This document shows, piece after piece, positions 9,882 to 21,410 of a DNA stretch of 64,000 bases (its first letter is position 1; each line of letters begins with the position of its first letter). The notes under the pieces are model-generated. The model saw only the letters and a program-made list of their open reading frames with translations. It had not been told where the DNA came from and did not search any database. A program made the translations under genes and the position numbers. Source of the DNA: an uncultured delta proteobacterium (lineage in GTDB: Bacteria; Myxococcota_A; Polyangia; Fen-1088); contig CAVTRY010000011.1 in NCBI GenBank assembly GCA_963737265.1, positions 640,001 through 704,000 of the forward strand, written 5' to 3'.

Positions 9882-12294
9882 CTACTTGTCGTTCGCGCCG
9901 TAGAACGCCTCGCTGGGGCTGGCAGGCGAGCCCCACGTGCGCTTCTTCCACAGATTCTCGAAGCCCACCTGGAGCGCGAAGATATCGCGCATCTGGCGCA
10001 AGGCAATGGGGCGCTTGTTTACGAGCTCGGTGTGCTCGCGCGGATCTTCGATTTCGTCGAAGAGCTCGATGCGCCCGGCCCCGGAATGAATCATGCGATA
10101 GCGCCCGGACTTCATTCCGCGCGCCATGGTACCGTTTTGGGTCAAGCTGCTCGAACGGAGCGTGGGCGATTTCGTCGAGCGCGGTGGCCAGCAACGATTG
10201 CCCCTGCATCGAATCGGGCACCGCGACCCCGGCCAGATCGAGCACGGTCGGCGCCAAATCCATCGCTTCGACTTCGGTCTCGACGACCCGACCGCCCGGC
10301 AAGAGCCCGGGCGCGTGGATCATGAACGGTACGTGCACCAGCTCTTGGTGCGGCCCCTGCGCGTGTCCGACGTCGCCGTGATCCCAAAACTCGTCGCCGT
10401 GATCGGAAATCACGATGACAACGGAGCTGTCGTAGAGCCCGGCGGCCTTGAGATCGGCCACGAAGACGCCGAACGCGGTATCGCTTTGGGTGATCTCGGC
10501 GTTGTGCAAGGCTTCGAGATAAGCCTTGTCGGTGTCGTTGACCTTGAGCGTGCCCTGCTTGATCTTTCCCAGCTGAATTCCTGTCAGCACGGGCTTGATC
10601 GGTCCGCCATACGGCTTGTTCCAGTACTTGAGCAAAAATTCCTTCTTCGGGTTGTAGATGACGTGCGGTTCGATCACGGCGAGGTACACGAATTGCGCGT
10701 GGGCCTTTCCGGGCAGGATCCACTTCTTCGCGGTCGCCCAGAGGTACTCCGCGCCGTTGGGAAGATTTTCACGCACGAAATTGCGGTTCTCGTCGAAGCC
10801 GCGCCCGAATCCCCACTTCGATGAAACGTAGCCGTTCGAAGAAAAGAGCGCGGTTCGGAATCCGGCCTTCTTGAGCAGCTCGGGCGCAAACGCCACTTGC
10901 AGGGAGATCTTCGATTCGTGTTCGGTGGCCTTGTGTACATTGGGGTAGACGCCGGTGAGCATAGAGGCTTGCGACGGCAGGGACCAAGTGCCGGGCACCT
11001 GCGCCCAAGCGAAACGGGTGGCGTCGGCCGCGAAGGCATCGTAATTCGGCGTCAGCACATTCGTCTTGGGGTTGTAGACGTGCACCTTGTCGGCGCGAAG
11101 GGTGTCGCACATCCACACGTAAATGTGGTCGAACTTGGGCCGCTGGGATGCTGGTGGCGGCGTGCCAGGAACGAGCAAGCGCGGCTCGGCCCACGAAATC
11201 CCCCCACCGCGCGAAACCAGATCGACGCGCACGGCTTGGCCCACGAAGCCTGCCAGATCCCAGGCGCCGTCGGAGAAATGCTGGGCCGCCGGTCCTTCGA
11301 AAAGAACGACGGGCGCGGCGCCGTCGCGCGCCACGCGCACGAGGGCCGTCACGCCGGGTTGGGTCGACGCATAGGAAAGCGCCAGCGTCGCCTTGGCAGG
11401 TACCTGAAGATAGTAAGAGAGACGAGATGCCTCGGACATCGACAGCGCCCTCTTCTTGATACCCGAGAGCTCGACCTCGGCGGGTTCCGCGAGGCTGCGG
11501 ATGGCCGCGAGCGCGCCACCACCCGCGCCTGCCGGCTTAGGCGCACCGATCTCGATGCTTTCGATGGCTGCCGACGCCCGCTTACCGCCGGTGATAGCGG
11601 CGGCATTGCGGAAGGTCAGGCGAACCCGATTCTCGCCCAGCGTCAACGTGGCAGCGGGCAAGGTGACGTCGTAGGCCGCACGCTCCTTCGTAACATCGAG
11701 AGTCGCGACTGGTTTCTCGTTGGCAAAAATGGACAGCCGCTGATTCGCCGCCACCGATCGCATGACAATCGTCATCTGCAAGTCCGCCAGCGTACGCCCA
11801 GCCGCGCCATCGCCATCGCTGTCCAGAGGAAACCCAAACGACGCGGACACACCGGAAACATAGGCGACGCGGATAGCGCCGTCTTTCTGGCCGAGAATCC
11901 ACGATCCCTTCCAACCTCCGTCGACGAATTTGTAAAAATCGACGCCGCCAGCGGAGAGAATCATTCGCCCGCTCCGGTGCAAGATCGCGTGCACGCGATC
12001 GGCTAGCAAGTCGACGGCCAGCCGCCGGCCTGTCAGGTCGACCTTGCTTGCTGCGGCAGGAGCTGCCTGCGCCGACGAGAAGACGCCGCTCGCGGGGGGT
12101 GCTGTGCCAGCGCCCGACGACTTTCCGCAGGCGGACAGGGCGCCAAGCACAAGCAGAACGGCACATTCGGCGCGAGGAGAAATTGTTTCACAAAATTTGG
12201 TCGACAACACGAACCGGAGGTTGCGCAATCGGTCCGCGCCGGTCAAGGGTTGCGTGCAGCCAAAAATGGATCCCTTTTCCGGCGTGCCCTTCAC
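9882..12294 (-). CDS. Sulfatase/alkaline-phosphatase superfamily lipoprotein; frameshift near 10150; start uncertain
   Basis: DTLRAD, WSLPSQASMLTG, ISDHGDEF, HVPF, DLAPTVLDLAG; C-terminus continues in ORF 9882..10145 (LFDEIEDPRE). Confidence 0.8.
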
Positions 12295-12599
12295 AGCGCG
12301 GGCTTCGCCAGCAAATCAAGGCCGCAGACAGCTGCTTCGTCGACAGCAGCGATCAGCAAAGAGCCAGAGCCCGGAAAGGAACCATTTCGGATCTTAGATC
12401 CAACCCCCTTGTTTCTCCGAAACCTCTGGGTGCTCCGTGACTCTGTGGTGAAACCAGACTGGTGGAATTCCTGGAGCCCATGCGCTTAAGGCCTATGCTG
12501 GAGCCTGGAGCCTCACGACACGACGGAAAAAAATCGCCGCGCCAGCGAAGAATCTCGGAAGTAGTAGATCGGCGCGGGTTACTCTCCAACTCAAAATCG

Positions 12600-14837
12600 A
12601 TGACCGAGAATCATCCTCCGCGTTTTCTTTCCGCCGTTGCATTTTCCACCTTCGCTGGCCTGCTTGGCGCCGGAATCGTCGACGCCGTCGCCGTGACGGT
12701 GCGCGGCCAGAACGCGCGGCTTATCGAAGTGCTGGTGTTGGCCGTCGGCCTCTACGGAACAGCCGGTCTCCTGCTCGGAACCTTGCTGGGTTGGGCGGCC
12801 GCGACGCTGTCGGGGGCTGTGCCCGGCGGCTGGCCCGCGCTGCTCGACGATGAGGCGCTCGATGCACGCGTGTGTGGTCTCTTGCTCGGCACCGTCGCCG
12901 CCAGCGTGGTCCTGGCAATCGGCGCGGGAGCTGGCTACGGATCGTTCGTATCGGCGATGAACAGTCACACACTGGCAACCATTGCCAGCGCCGGGCTCGC
13001 CGCCGCCTTCGTGCTGCCCGCGGCGCTGGCGCTGCTCGCCACTTGGCGGACAGCGGCTCGCCTCGCCAAGCGTTTCTTGCCTCGGCCGGCAAAGGCTGGC
13101 CGTACCGGCATCCTCGTCATCGGGCTCGCCTTGCTCGCTGTTCTGGCCTTCGTCGCCGCGCTTTCCCGCGCCGACTGGCGCGTTCTCGACCTTGGTCCGT
13201 TCTATTCCGCGGGCATCGCCGTCGTCCTGGGGACCGCGCACGGTCTTTTTTGGTACGTGTCGGCGGCTGGGAAGCGCGTGCTGCGCAGACTGCCCACGCG
13301 AATGACCCGACCCGTGATCGCCACGGCAGTCTTTCTGTCGTTGCTGGCGGGCAGCCGGGTTCGTGAGACGTCACCGACGTACGCCGCTATCAGCGACGGT
13401 GGGCTTGGACTCAAGTTTGCCTTGAAAGTCGCACGCAGGGCCACGGATCGCGATGGCGATGGGTACTCGGCGCTCTTCGGCGGCGGCGACTGCGACGACA
13501 CGCGCGCCGATGTTTATCCCGGTGCCGAGGACATTCCCGGCGATGGCGTCGACCAGGATTGCGAAGGTGGCGACGCTCCATTGGTCGCGGCGCCGGCTGA
13601 AGCCGCCGAACCGGGCCTGCCGACCGCAAAAGCCATATTGGGCAAGCCGGGCGCGTTTTCCGGCAACGTGCTCATCATCGCCATCGACGCTACTCGCGCC
13701 GACCGTCTCGGCGTCGCGGGCTACGGGCGCCCGCCCGGGCACTCGCTCACGCCCAACCTGGACGCGCTCGCGAACCGTGGCGCCTATTTCCGCCGCGTGT
13801 GGGCGCAGGCGCCCAATACGCCGCGTTCTTTCCCGTCGTTCGTAACGTCGCTCTACCCTTCCGAGATCGCGTGGCAAAAACGGACGCTCAACTACTCGCC
13901 TCTGCTTCCGTCGAACCACACGATCTTCGAGCCCATCGCGGCGGCGGGGTGGCGGCCCATCGGGATCTTTTCTCATTTCTACTTCACCGCCGATCGCGGG
14001 ATTTCCAAGGGTTTCGCCGAATGGTCGGACGTTGGTGCCAAGAGCATTGCCGATTCGAACCAAGACATAGCGGCCCCTCGCATCGTCCCACGCGTCATCG
14101 AGCGACTGAAAAAGGCGGCCGGCAAGGGTGAGCGTTTTGTCCTGTGGACCCACCTCTTCGAGCCGCATTCAAGTTACATGTCCCATCCGGAGTTCCCCAC
14201 CACGCTTTCGGGCGTGCAGGGTCTGGAGGAAAAGTACGACTACGAGATCGCGTTTGCCGACCTGTGGATCGGCAAGATCCTGAAAACGCTCGACGAGACC
14301 AAGCTAGCCGCCAACACCGCGGTCGTCGTGTTCGGCGATCACGGCGAGGCGTGGGGTGAACACAAAATCTACTTCCACGGCCAGAACCTCACCGAAGAAC
14401 AACTCCGCGTCCCGCTCATCGTCGCCGTACCGGGACGCAAGCCGATCGTGTCCGACGACGAAGCTGGCCTCATCGACGTGGGGCCGACCTTGCTCGACCT
14501 GCTCGGCCTGGCACCGCCCGCCACCATGCACGGCACAAGCTTGCTGCCGGCCATCGACGGCGAACCGCTACCGCCTCATCCCATTTTTTCCGAGCTCCTC
14601 CCGTCTACGGCGACGCCCGATCACGAGGTCTCCGTCGTGGATCGCGGGCAGAAGCTGGTTCACAAGATCTCCCTACGCCGTTTCGAGCTATTCGACCTTC
14701 ACGTCGATCCAAAACAACTAAAGAATCTCGCCGAGGATCCCCTCCACAAGCCGTTGCTGGATGAGCTAAGAGCCAAGCTTGCGGCCTTCGAAGAGCACCG
14801 CCAGGTGCAACCCGCCAGGCAGACTTCAAGCCGCTGA
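12600..14837 (+). CDS. Membrane sulfatase-like hydrolase/transferase with a putative Ca-binding repeat
   Basis: Multi-TM N-terminus, DRDGDGYS...GGGDCDD...DGVDQDC, then IDATRAD, PNTPRS, HLFEPH, GDHGE. Confidence 0.8.
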   Translation: MTENHPPRFLSAVAFSTFAGLLGAGIVDAVAVTVRGQNARLIEVLVLAVGLYGTAGLLLGTLLGWAAATLSGAVPGGWPALLDDEALDARVCGLLLGTVAASVVLAIGAGAGYGSFVSAMNSHTLATIASAGLAAAFVLPAALALLATWRTAARLAKRFLPRPAKAGRTGILVIGLALLAVLAFVAALSRADWRVLDLGPFYSAGIAVVLGTAHGLFWYVSAAGKRVLRRLPTRMTRPVIATAVFLSLLAGSRVRETSPTYAAISDGGLGLKFALKVARRATDRDGDGYSALFGGGDCDDTRADVYPGAEDIPGDGVDQDCEGGDAPLVAAPAEAAEPGLPTAKAILGKPGAFSGNVLIIAIDATRADRLGVAGYGRPPGHSLTPNLDALANRGAYFRRVWAQAPNTPRSFPSFVTSLYPSEIAWQKRTLNYSPLLPSNHTIFEPIAAAGWRPIGIFSHFYFTADRGISKGFAEWSDVGAKSIADSNQDIAAPRIVPRVIERLKKAAGKGERFVLWTHLFEPHSSYMSHPEFPTTLSGVQGLEEKYDYEIAFADLWIGKILKTLDETKLAANTAVVVFGDHGEAWGEHKIYFHGQNLTEEQLRVPLIVAVPGRKPIVSDDEAGLIDVGPTLLDLLGLAPPATMHGTSLLPAIDGEPLPPHPIFSELLPSTATPDHEVSVVDRGQKLVHKISLRRFELFDLHVDPKQLKNLAEDPLHKPLLDELRAKLAAFEEHRQVQPARQTSSR

Positions 14838-15164
14838 CGAATTTCCACGGACGAGAGTGCGGTTGATGAGGCCCTTGAGCTCCTGCCCGGGGGTGAATAC
14901 CACCGTGCACTGCGACGGTATCGGGATGAGGTTCCCGGTCTGAGGATTGCGAACGACGCGCGAGTTGCGCCGGCGCTTGGTGAAGGTACCAAACCCTGGG
15001 TAGTTCAGCCGCGGGGGATTGGCGGCGTTCGGCCGCGCGCGAATGAAATAGTCGCCGACCTCTGTGAACACGGCGTCGACGATGCGGGCATAGGCTTTCT
15101 TTGTCAGTGTGCGGGGAAGATCCTTGCGGGACGCGACCCTTGCAATGAGTTCGGCCTTGGTCAT
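14826..15164 (-). CDS. HU/IHF-family DNA-binding protein
   Basis: MTKAELIARVA...GFGTF...RNPQTG...VVFTPGQELK. Confidence 0.9.
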   Translation of the reverse strand: MTKAELIARVASRKDLPRTLTKKAYARIVDAVFTEVGDYFIRARPNAANPPRLNYPGFGTFTKRRRNSRVVRNPQTGNLIPIPSQCTVVFTPGQELKGLINRTLVRGNSSAA

Positions 15165-15426
15165 CGTTGTGCCTTTGCCAGAGCTAAGAAACAGCGGCCC
15201 AGACTAGGGGTCTCGCCCCGAACCTGTCAATCGACAACCAACGAGCCAGGCCGGTGTGGTGTACTATCGCGATATCCACAAGTCACTTATGCGTTATTGG
15301 GTCCGCCGCACTTATCCGCGTGATCGCGAGCGGTTGTCGCACCATGACCCACACAGACACATGGCTGCGTAAAAGTAGTAGAGATCGGGTTATGTCAGGC
15401 CGTATAGTGCGACGACCTACTTTGAG

Positions 15427-17682
15427 GTGCACGTGCGCAACCCAAGCTTCTTGCTGGTCGCAGCCATAGCTACTGTCGGGACAAGCTCCAGCGCAAGGGG
15501 CGACGCTGACACCACTTCGAAGGCCCCCAGCGCACTGCGTGAACTGTTCCGTTCGCCCCCAGTGGACTGCCGCCCGCTCGTGCGCTGGCGGTGGTTTGGC
15601 GACGCGGTGACGAGCGACGAAATCGCGCGCGAGCTGGTGCAGATGCGCGACGCGGGTTTCGGCGGCGTGGAAATTCAGCCGGTGTATCCGCTCGATGGCG
15701 AGTACGAGGCCGTCCCTGCGCTGCCCTACCTGTCGCGAGGGTTCCTAAGCTCGCTCGCTTTTGCCGCGAGCAAGGCAAGGGATCTCGGCCTCACCGTGGA
15801 CATCGCCCTCGGCAGCGGCTGGCCCATCGGCGATCCGCACGTCACGGCCGACCACGGAGCTCGCACGCAAGAGCGGTTCTTCGCCCAACTACAGGACTGG
15901 AGTCATGTCCACCAGGTAGCGATTCGCGGCCAGCCTTTTGGCACCTCGCCGGCCACGCTGTCGAGCGCGCGATTCGTCGACGTTCCCGAGGGCGAAGGCT
16001 TGCCATGGAATGCTCTAACCGCGAGTCGGTGGGCGTCCTCGGCAGCGCACCTTTTTGCCAAGCCGCTCGCCTCCGCCGCGCTGTGGGCCTCCGCTCCCCT
16101 TCTCGCCTTCCGCGCCTCGCCGCTCGACCTCAAGACCGAGGCCGATCAGTACTTTCTTTCCAGCGTAACGCAAGTTGTCGGCCAAGGCTGGCCCTACTTC
16201 CCCGAACAAACCGGCAACCCGGGCCGGGCGTTGAGCTCGGCCGCGGCCATCAGCCCGCACAACCCGTGGTGGCCGGTCATGCCAGAGCTGACCATGTACT
16301 TACGGCGTACGGCCTTCGCCGTTCGGCAAGGCGATGCGGTCAACGATGTCGCCATCTACCTCCCCACCCATGACGCTTTCGCCGCACTTAAACCGGACGA
16401 CGTCAATCTCAGCCGAGCAGTTGCGGATCGAATCGGCCCGGATCTTGTTCCAACCGTGCTCCGTGCTGGCTATGGTTTTGATTTGGTCGACGACAACGTC
16501 CTGGTCGATCTAGCCAAGGTTTCCGCAGCGAACCTCACGATAGGCCGGCAAGACTACGCCGTGGTCATCCTGGCCAATGTCGAACGCATCCCACTCGCCA
16601 CGATGGAGAAACTGGAAGCCTTCGTGGCGGCCGGTGGCAAGGTGATCGCCACACGCCGTCTGCCGACCCTCTTGCCCGACCGGGCGGAACAGCAAGACCA
16701 GGGCGCCGTCTTGCACGCGAAGGTGGCCAAGCTGTTCGGTGGCAGCAATGCCCCGGCCAAGCTCGTGGGCGACGAAATCGGCGAGCTAGGCGGCCTTTTG
16801 CGCGCGCTTCTGCAACCCGATATGCGGACCGCGACGGTCGCGCCGCAGATCGGCTTCGTCCACCGACGTGCGGTGGATGTCGATTTGTACTTCATCGCGA
16901 ACACCTGGAACGAGCCCTACGCCAGCACCATCGAGCTGCGTGTTCGACCAAGGCCAGCCGAATGGTGGGATGCCATGACTGGGGAGCTCGCGCCGGCGTC
17001 CATAGTGACCTCCTCGCCGACCAGCACGACCGTCCAGCTCTCACTTCCTGCTTATGGCACGCGGATTCTGGTATTTGGTCTACCCGCGCGCGGCCGACCG
17101 GCGAGGACCGCAGCCAGAAAGACGGATGCCGACGAGCCGCCGGTTAGCATGGACATTAGCAACGGCTGGGAGATCACGTTCGAAGGGACCACGATCAAAC
17201 GCCAGAGCGATTGGCTCACGTCGTGGACGGAATCGGCCGACACGCGCACGTTTTCGGGAGAAGGCGTGTATCGCAAGACTGTGACGCTGCTGCAACCCAA
17301 GCTGCTGGCCGCGCGCAAGATCGTTCTCTCCCTGGGCGATGCGAAGCCGCTCCCGCCGGCACCAGGTACGAATGGGAGCGTTGCGGGCGGCCAGGCGAGG
17401 CTCATTCCACCGGTGCGCGAGGCGGCTATCGTGTTCGTCAACGGACGGCGGGTTGGGTCGGTTTGGCAACCGCCTTACAAGCTCGACCTGGGCAAGAGCC
17501 TGGGCGCAGGCAAGAACCACATCGAAATTCACGTTTTCAATCTGGCAGTGAATCAGATGGCGGGCAAACCCCTGGTCGACTACGCGGCGCTGACCGCTAA
17601 GTTCGGCACTCAGTCTCGGGAGGCCTTCCTGCCCGTGCCCGCCGGCCTGTTCGGGCCGATTACCATCACCGGTATGGATTGA
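15427..17682 (+). CDS. Glycoside hydrolase, GH106/alpha-L-rhamnosidase-like
   Basis: RPLVRWRWFG, GFGGVEIQP, LGSGWP, GYGFDLVDD, EWWDAMTG, C-terminal AGLFGPITI. Confidence 0.7.
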   Translation: MHVRNPSFLLVAAIATVGTSSSARGDADTTSKAPSALRELFRSPPVDCRPLVRWRWFGDAVTSDEIARELVQMRDAGFGGVEIQPVYPLDGEYEAVPALPYLSRGFLSSLAFAASKARDLGLTVDIALGSGWPIGDPHVTADHGARTQERFFAQLQDWSHVHQVAIRGQPFGTSPATLSSARFVDVPEGEGLPWNALTASRWASSAAHLFAKPLASAALWASAPLLAFRASPLDLKTEADQYFLSSVTQVVGQGWPYFPEQTGNPGRALSSAAAISPHNPWWPVMPELTMYLRRTAFAVRQGDAVNDVAIYLPTHDAFAALKPDDVNLSRAVADRIGPDLVPTVLRAGYGFDLVDDNVLVDLAKVSAANLTIGRQDYAVVILANVERIPLATMEKLEAFVAAGGKVIATRRLPTLLPDRAEQQDQGAVLHAKVAKLFGGSNAPAKLVGDEIGELGGLLRALLQPDMRTATVAPQIGFVHRRAVDVDLYFIANTWNEPYASTIELRVRPRPAEWWDAMTGELAPASIVTSSPTSTTVQLSLPAYGTRILVFGLPARGRPARTAARKTDADEPPVSMDISNGWEITFEGTTIKRQSDWLTSWTESADTRTFSGEGVYRKTVTLLQPKLLAARKIVLSLGDAKPLPPAPGTNGSVAGGQARLIPPVREAAIVFVNGRRVGSVWQPPYKLDLGKSLGAGKNHIEIHVFNLAVNQMAGKPLVDYAALTAKFGTQSREAFLPVPAGLFGPITITGMD

Positions 17683-17684
17683 GG

Positions 17685-18746
17685 CTAGATCGCCAGCCGC
17701 AGACCCGCAGCCACGCTGGTGAGCAAGGGCGTATCGCCGGTCACGTTCATCTGCACAAAAATGCGCACCAGCATGGCGTTGATCTGAACCCCGAAAATCT
17801 CGCGCAGCCTGGCAGCGCTGGGATTGACGTGGCTTTGAGCTTTGATGGTCGCGGTTCCAAGAGCCACATTGCCAACCCCAGCCAACTGGGCCGTCATGTT
17901 CAGGTTCATGTCGCTGCCACCGCCAAGCTGCCAATCCATGCCGAGCCCGCCATAGACCGTGACGAGAGAAAGGAGGCGAAGGCTGGTGGTAATCTCCAAG
18001 GGAATGCTCCACGTGGTTTGATCGACGGTGAAGGTCAAGGGCTGACCGGCGAGGCTGGCCACCGTGACCGGCATGCCGGGCGCGATGTTGATCGTTGACC
18101 TGACTTGCGTCTGCGTGCTCAAGGTCAAATGCGAGTAGTCCGCGCCGCTGGTGATGGCGATGCCGCCCCAACGAATCAGCATCTGGGTCGCGGAGCCGCT
18201 GCGCGATGGACCGAGCAGGCGAAACTGGCCGTGCATCCCCCAGTTCTGATAGCTGCCATCAAGTTGTCCTAAACTGGCGCTGCCCTTGAACCAGTTGCCA
18301 AAAACCATCAGCGGATCGAATCCGATCAATCCCAGACCCACGCCGCCCATGAGCGAGAAATTCGCGCCGCCACCGCTGATGGGAGGATCGGCGTAGGAGC
18401 CCGAAGGCTTGTAGGCCTTGTCCACGTTGCTGGCGAAGCTCACCGTCGCGCCTGCTTCGACGAGCGTTGCCTCCGAGGCGTAGTCGACCCCGAGGCCCTT
18501 GGTCGAGAAGCTCTGAGCGTTTTGAAAGCCCCTGAGAAACGACGTTACGTTCGTCACCTGGAACAGGCTGTCCACCTGATTTTGGACCTGACTTACCAGT
18601 TGAGCTGTCGACATTCCCAATCCCGCGGCGTAGGCGTCCGCACCGGCACTCGGCGTAAAAACAACCTGGCCGTACGCCGAACTCGCGCCAGCAGCCAGGG
18701 TCGCGAATACCAAGACCGAGACCAAATTGCTTCGCTTCATGGCCAA
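17685..18746 (-). CDS. Secreted or outer-membrane beta-rich hypothetical protein
   Basis: Signal peptide followed by amphipathic beta strands. Confidence 0.6.
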   Translation of the reverse strand: MAMKRSNLVSVLVFATLAAGASSAYGQVVFTPSAGADAYAAGLGMSTAQLVSQVQNQVDSLFQVTNVTSFLRGFQNAQSFSTKGLGVDYASEATLVEAGATVSFASNVDKAYKPSGSYADPPISGGGANFSLMGGVGLGLIGFDPLMVFGNWFKGSASLGQLDGSYQNWGMHGQFRLLGPSRSGSATQMLIRWGGIAITSGADYSHLTLSTQTQVRSTINIAPGMPVTVASLAGQPLTFTVDQTTWSIPLEITTSLRLLSLVTVYGGLGMDWQLGGGSDMNLNMTAQLAGVGNVALGTATIKAQSHVNPSAARLREIFGVQINAMLVRIFVQMNVTGDTPLLTSVAAGLRLAI

Positions 18747-18843
18747 ACAAGCCTAGCACCAAAGCCACGCATAGTCTCACCGGCCAAAATCACTACAAAT
18801 CACCACTGGGGTTGCCGTGCCCATCCAGCGGTCGCGACGATAG

Positions 18844-19860
18844 CTACTCCAGCCCGACCTGCGCCAGATCTTCCTCCGACATCCCGAAGAAATGGCCGGT
18901 TTCGTGGAGCAAGGTTATGCGGATCTGGTCACGCAAATCCTCGGCATCGAGCGCCATGCGTTCGAGGTTCTTGCGGAACAGCAAAATTTGCGTCACTTGC
19001 GGCGCGCCTCCGAGCGCGGCTGAATCGGAATACGCGACGCCGGCGAACAGCCCGAGCAGGCGTGGATCCAGTCCCTGCTCGACCTCGTCCTGGGCAGGCA
19101 GGTCGACGACCAAGATTGGCACGTTTTCGATGAGCTTGCGCGCACGCTCTGGCAATTCCCTGAGCGCCTGTTCGGCCACCTCGGCCATTTCGGCCTCGCT
19201 CAGGTGCGCCGATTCAAGAGCGGTCGCGGCGTCGGTGGCAAGAACGCGCAGCCAGGCTTGCCGCTTGGCCGGTTCGTCGCCGCGCTCCTCGGCGCAAAGC
19301 CCGAGCCCGTACCATGCCTCTGCCTCCTCGACCTGCGCGTCCGCAAGCGCCCGGAACCTACTCTCGGCCTCCTTGCCGTCGCCCGCTTCGAGAAACAGAT
19401 AGGCCAGGTCGAGCGCAAGCGTGGCGGGCAAATCGACTTCAGTCGCCGACGGCAGCTCAGAGAGTGTCGTCTGCGCGGCCTTGAGCTTGCCAAGCTTTAT
19501 CTCGAGCCCCGCCTTGAGCATCAGAGCATCGAGGAATTCGTCTTCCTCCTCGGCACGGTCGAGTGCGAGTGCGGCGTGCCGGACGGCTTCGGCCGGTCGG
19601 TCCAGATCCTCGGCCAGGATTTCGGCAATCCAAAGTTCGGGGGCGCTCCAGTCGGCGGCGATCGCGGATGCCTTTTCGAGCAGGCTCATCGCCTTGTCAG
19701 GCTCGTCCTCGCCTCGACAGCACGCCGCCAGCAGCAACAGGATCTCGGGACTTTCGGGGTCGCGGCGGTGCTCGCTCTCGGCGATACGCCGCGCGCCGGC
19801 GACGTCGCCTTCGTGCAACGACTCCCAGGCTCGTTCGATGGCCGAATTGGGCTGGCTCAA
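18844..19860 (-). CDS. TPR plus zincin-like metallopeptidase family protein
   Basis: C-terminal LLGLF...LFRKNL...TLLHETGHFFG; TTG start overlaps the KamA stop. Confidence 0.8.
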   Translation of the reverse strand: MSQPNSAIERAWESLHEGDVAGARRIAESEHRRDPESPEILLLLAACCRGEDEPDKAMSLLEKASAIAADWSAPELWIAEILAEDLDRPAEAVRHAALALDRAEEEDEFLDALMLKAGLEIKLGKLKAAQTTLSELPSATEVDLPATLALDLAYLFLEAGDGKEAESRFRALADAQVEEAEAWYGLGLCAEERGDEPAKRQAWLRVLATDAATALESAHLSEAEMAEVAEQALRELPERARKLIENVPILVVDLPAQDEVEQGLDPRLLGLFAGVAYSDSAALGGAPQVTQILLFRKNLERMALDAEDLRDQIRITLLHETGHFFGMSEEDLAQVGLE

Positions 19861-21254
19861 GTCCTGCTCCGGGCGACTTCCATGGCCTCGGCGATCATCT
19901 TGTCTTGCTCGGCGGGCTTGGCCCAGCGCGCTTGACCTTCCGCGGGCAGCAGATGGATGGGATCGAAGTAGCAGAAGTAATCGCCCGGATGGACCACGGG
20001 CGAGACAAACACGGTAATTCCCGTGACCCGGTCGTAGTGTTCGAACGAATGAACATTGCGCTTGCCGCCGCCCGGTGTGTCCACCACCACCATCGGCATA
20101 TTGAAGCCGGCGACCAACCCACGCAGCTGCTTCTCGATATGCGCGCCAGTCGAAACCGTCGTGCGCAAGTCTTCCACGCCCTTCACCATATCGTGCACGT
20201 AGACGTAATACGGATGGATGTTGATATAGGAAAGCCGCTTGATGAGCATTCCCATGGTGGCGACCGAGTCGTTCACGCCGCGCATGAGCACGGTCTGATT
20301 GCGCACGGTGATGCCGCGTTCGCACAGCTTGTTCGCCGCCGCCTGGGTGATGGCCGTGATCTCGCTCGGGTGGTTGAAGTGGGTGTGAATCATCACGTCC
20401 TTGTGGACCTTGCGCCCTTTTTCCACGATCGCGGTGACCGCATCGATCCACGCGTGGTCGGTCAAAATCTTCTGCGGCATGACCGCCGGGCCCTTGGTGG
20501 CGAAGCGAATGCGACGAACGTGCGGGACGGCCAGAAAAGACTCACCCAGAAAGGTAATCTGGTCCGCGCGCAGGTGCGAAGCGTCGCCGCCCGAAATCAG
20601 CACGTCCTCGACCTCGGGCCGGGATGTCACGTAAGCGATGGCCTGGTGCCAGCGTTCGATGTCGACGCCGAACTGAAGCTTGTGAACCTCCTCGGTGTCG
20701 AGGCCGACGGCATAGCTGCGCGTGCAGAAGCGGCAGTACACGGGACAGGTCGCGATGGGCAAGAACAGGACCTTGTCCGGGTAGCGGTGAGACAGGCCTG
20801 GAACGGGCATGTCCTGCCGCTCGTGCAACGGATCGAGGTCGACCTTGGGATGGTCAGGCAGCCGGCGCGAGAGCAGCGGGATGAACTGGATACGAATGGG
20901 ATCTTCGTAGGGGTTCGACCAGTCGACGAGCGAGAGCAGATAGGGCGACACACGCACCGGCATGGGCGCGTGATGGAAGCCCTCCTCGGCATCACGGACG
21001 AAGGCGGGCGAAACCAGCCCTTCCAGTGTCGCGAGAAGTTTGGGCATATTGGTGATGGAATTCTTGGCCTGCCAATGATGGTCGAGGAACTCGGCCTCGG
21101 ACACGTGGGCGTAGGCGTGGATGCGCTGCCAGAACGGCCCGTCGCGCAGGTCGCGATGGGCGAGGGCTTCCGGCGGTACGGGGCAGCGGTGCGCGGGTGG
21201 AAGGATTGGCGCGTGGGATTGGGTTGCCGCACCGTCGTTGAGGTCAGCTCTCAT
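19857..21254 (-). CDS. KamA-family radical SAM protein (lysine 2,3-aminomutase/EpmB-like)
   Basis: HRYPDKVL, CPVYCRFCTR, THFNHPSEI, NQTVLMRGVND, DTPGGGK. Confidence 0.9.
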   Translation of the reverse strand: MRADLNDGAATQSHAPILPPAHRCPVPPEALAHRDLRDGPFWQRIHAYAHVSEAEFLDHHWQAKNSITNMPKLLATLEGLVSPAFVRDAEEGFHHAPMPVRVSPYLLSLVDWSNPYEDPIRIQFIPLLSRRLPDHPKVDLDPLHERQDMPVPGLSHRYPDKVLFLPIATCPVYCRFCTRSYAVGLDTEEVHKLQFGVDIERWHQAIAYVTSRPEVEDVLISGGDASHLRADQITFLGESFLAVPHVRRIRFATKGPAVMPQKILTDHAWIDAVTAIVEKGRKVHKDVMIHTHFNHPSEITAITQAAANKLCERGITVRNQTVLMRGVNDSVATMGMLIKRLSYINIHPYYVYVHDMVKGVEDLRTTVSTGAHIEKQLRGLVAGFNMPMVVVDTPGGGKRNVHSFEHYDRVTGITVFVSPVVHPGDYFCYFDPIHLLPAEGQARWAKPAEQDKMIAEAMEVARSRT

Positions 21255-21410
21255 AGATTCCTCGTGGTTGGGTTGCCCAGTTCTGGCATAAGAACGAAAC
21301 AGAGTCGCCCATTTTCGCACCCCGTGGACCAACCCGGCCGGTATTCCCAATTGGCGGGCGAGTCGGGTTAGTGTCTTGGTGATTTCGTGTTTATTCGAGA
21401 GGATGTCATC

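Noticed and set aside
3422-21254. efp-epmA plus a distant KamA gene as a novel pathway
   Set aside because: Matches the known EF-P beta-lysylation pathway.
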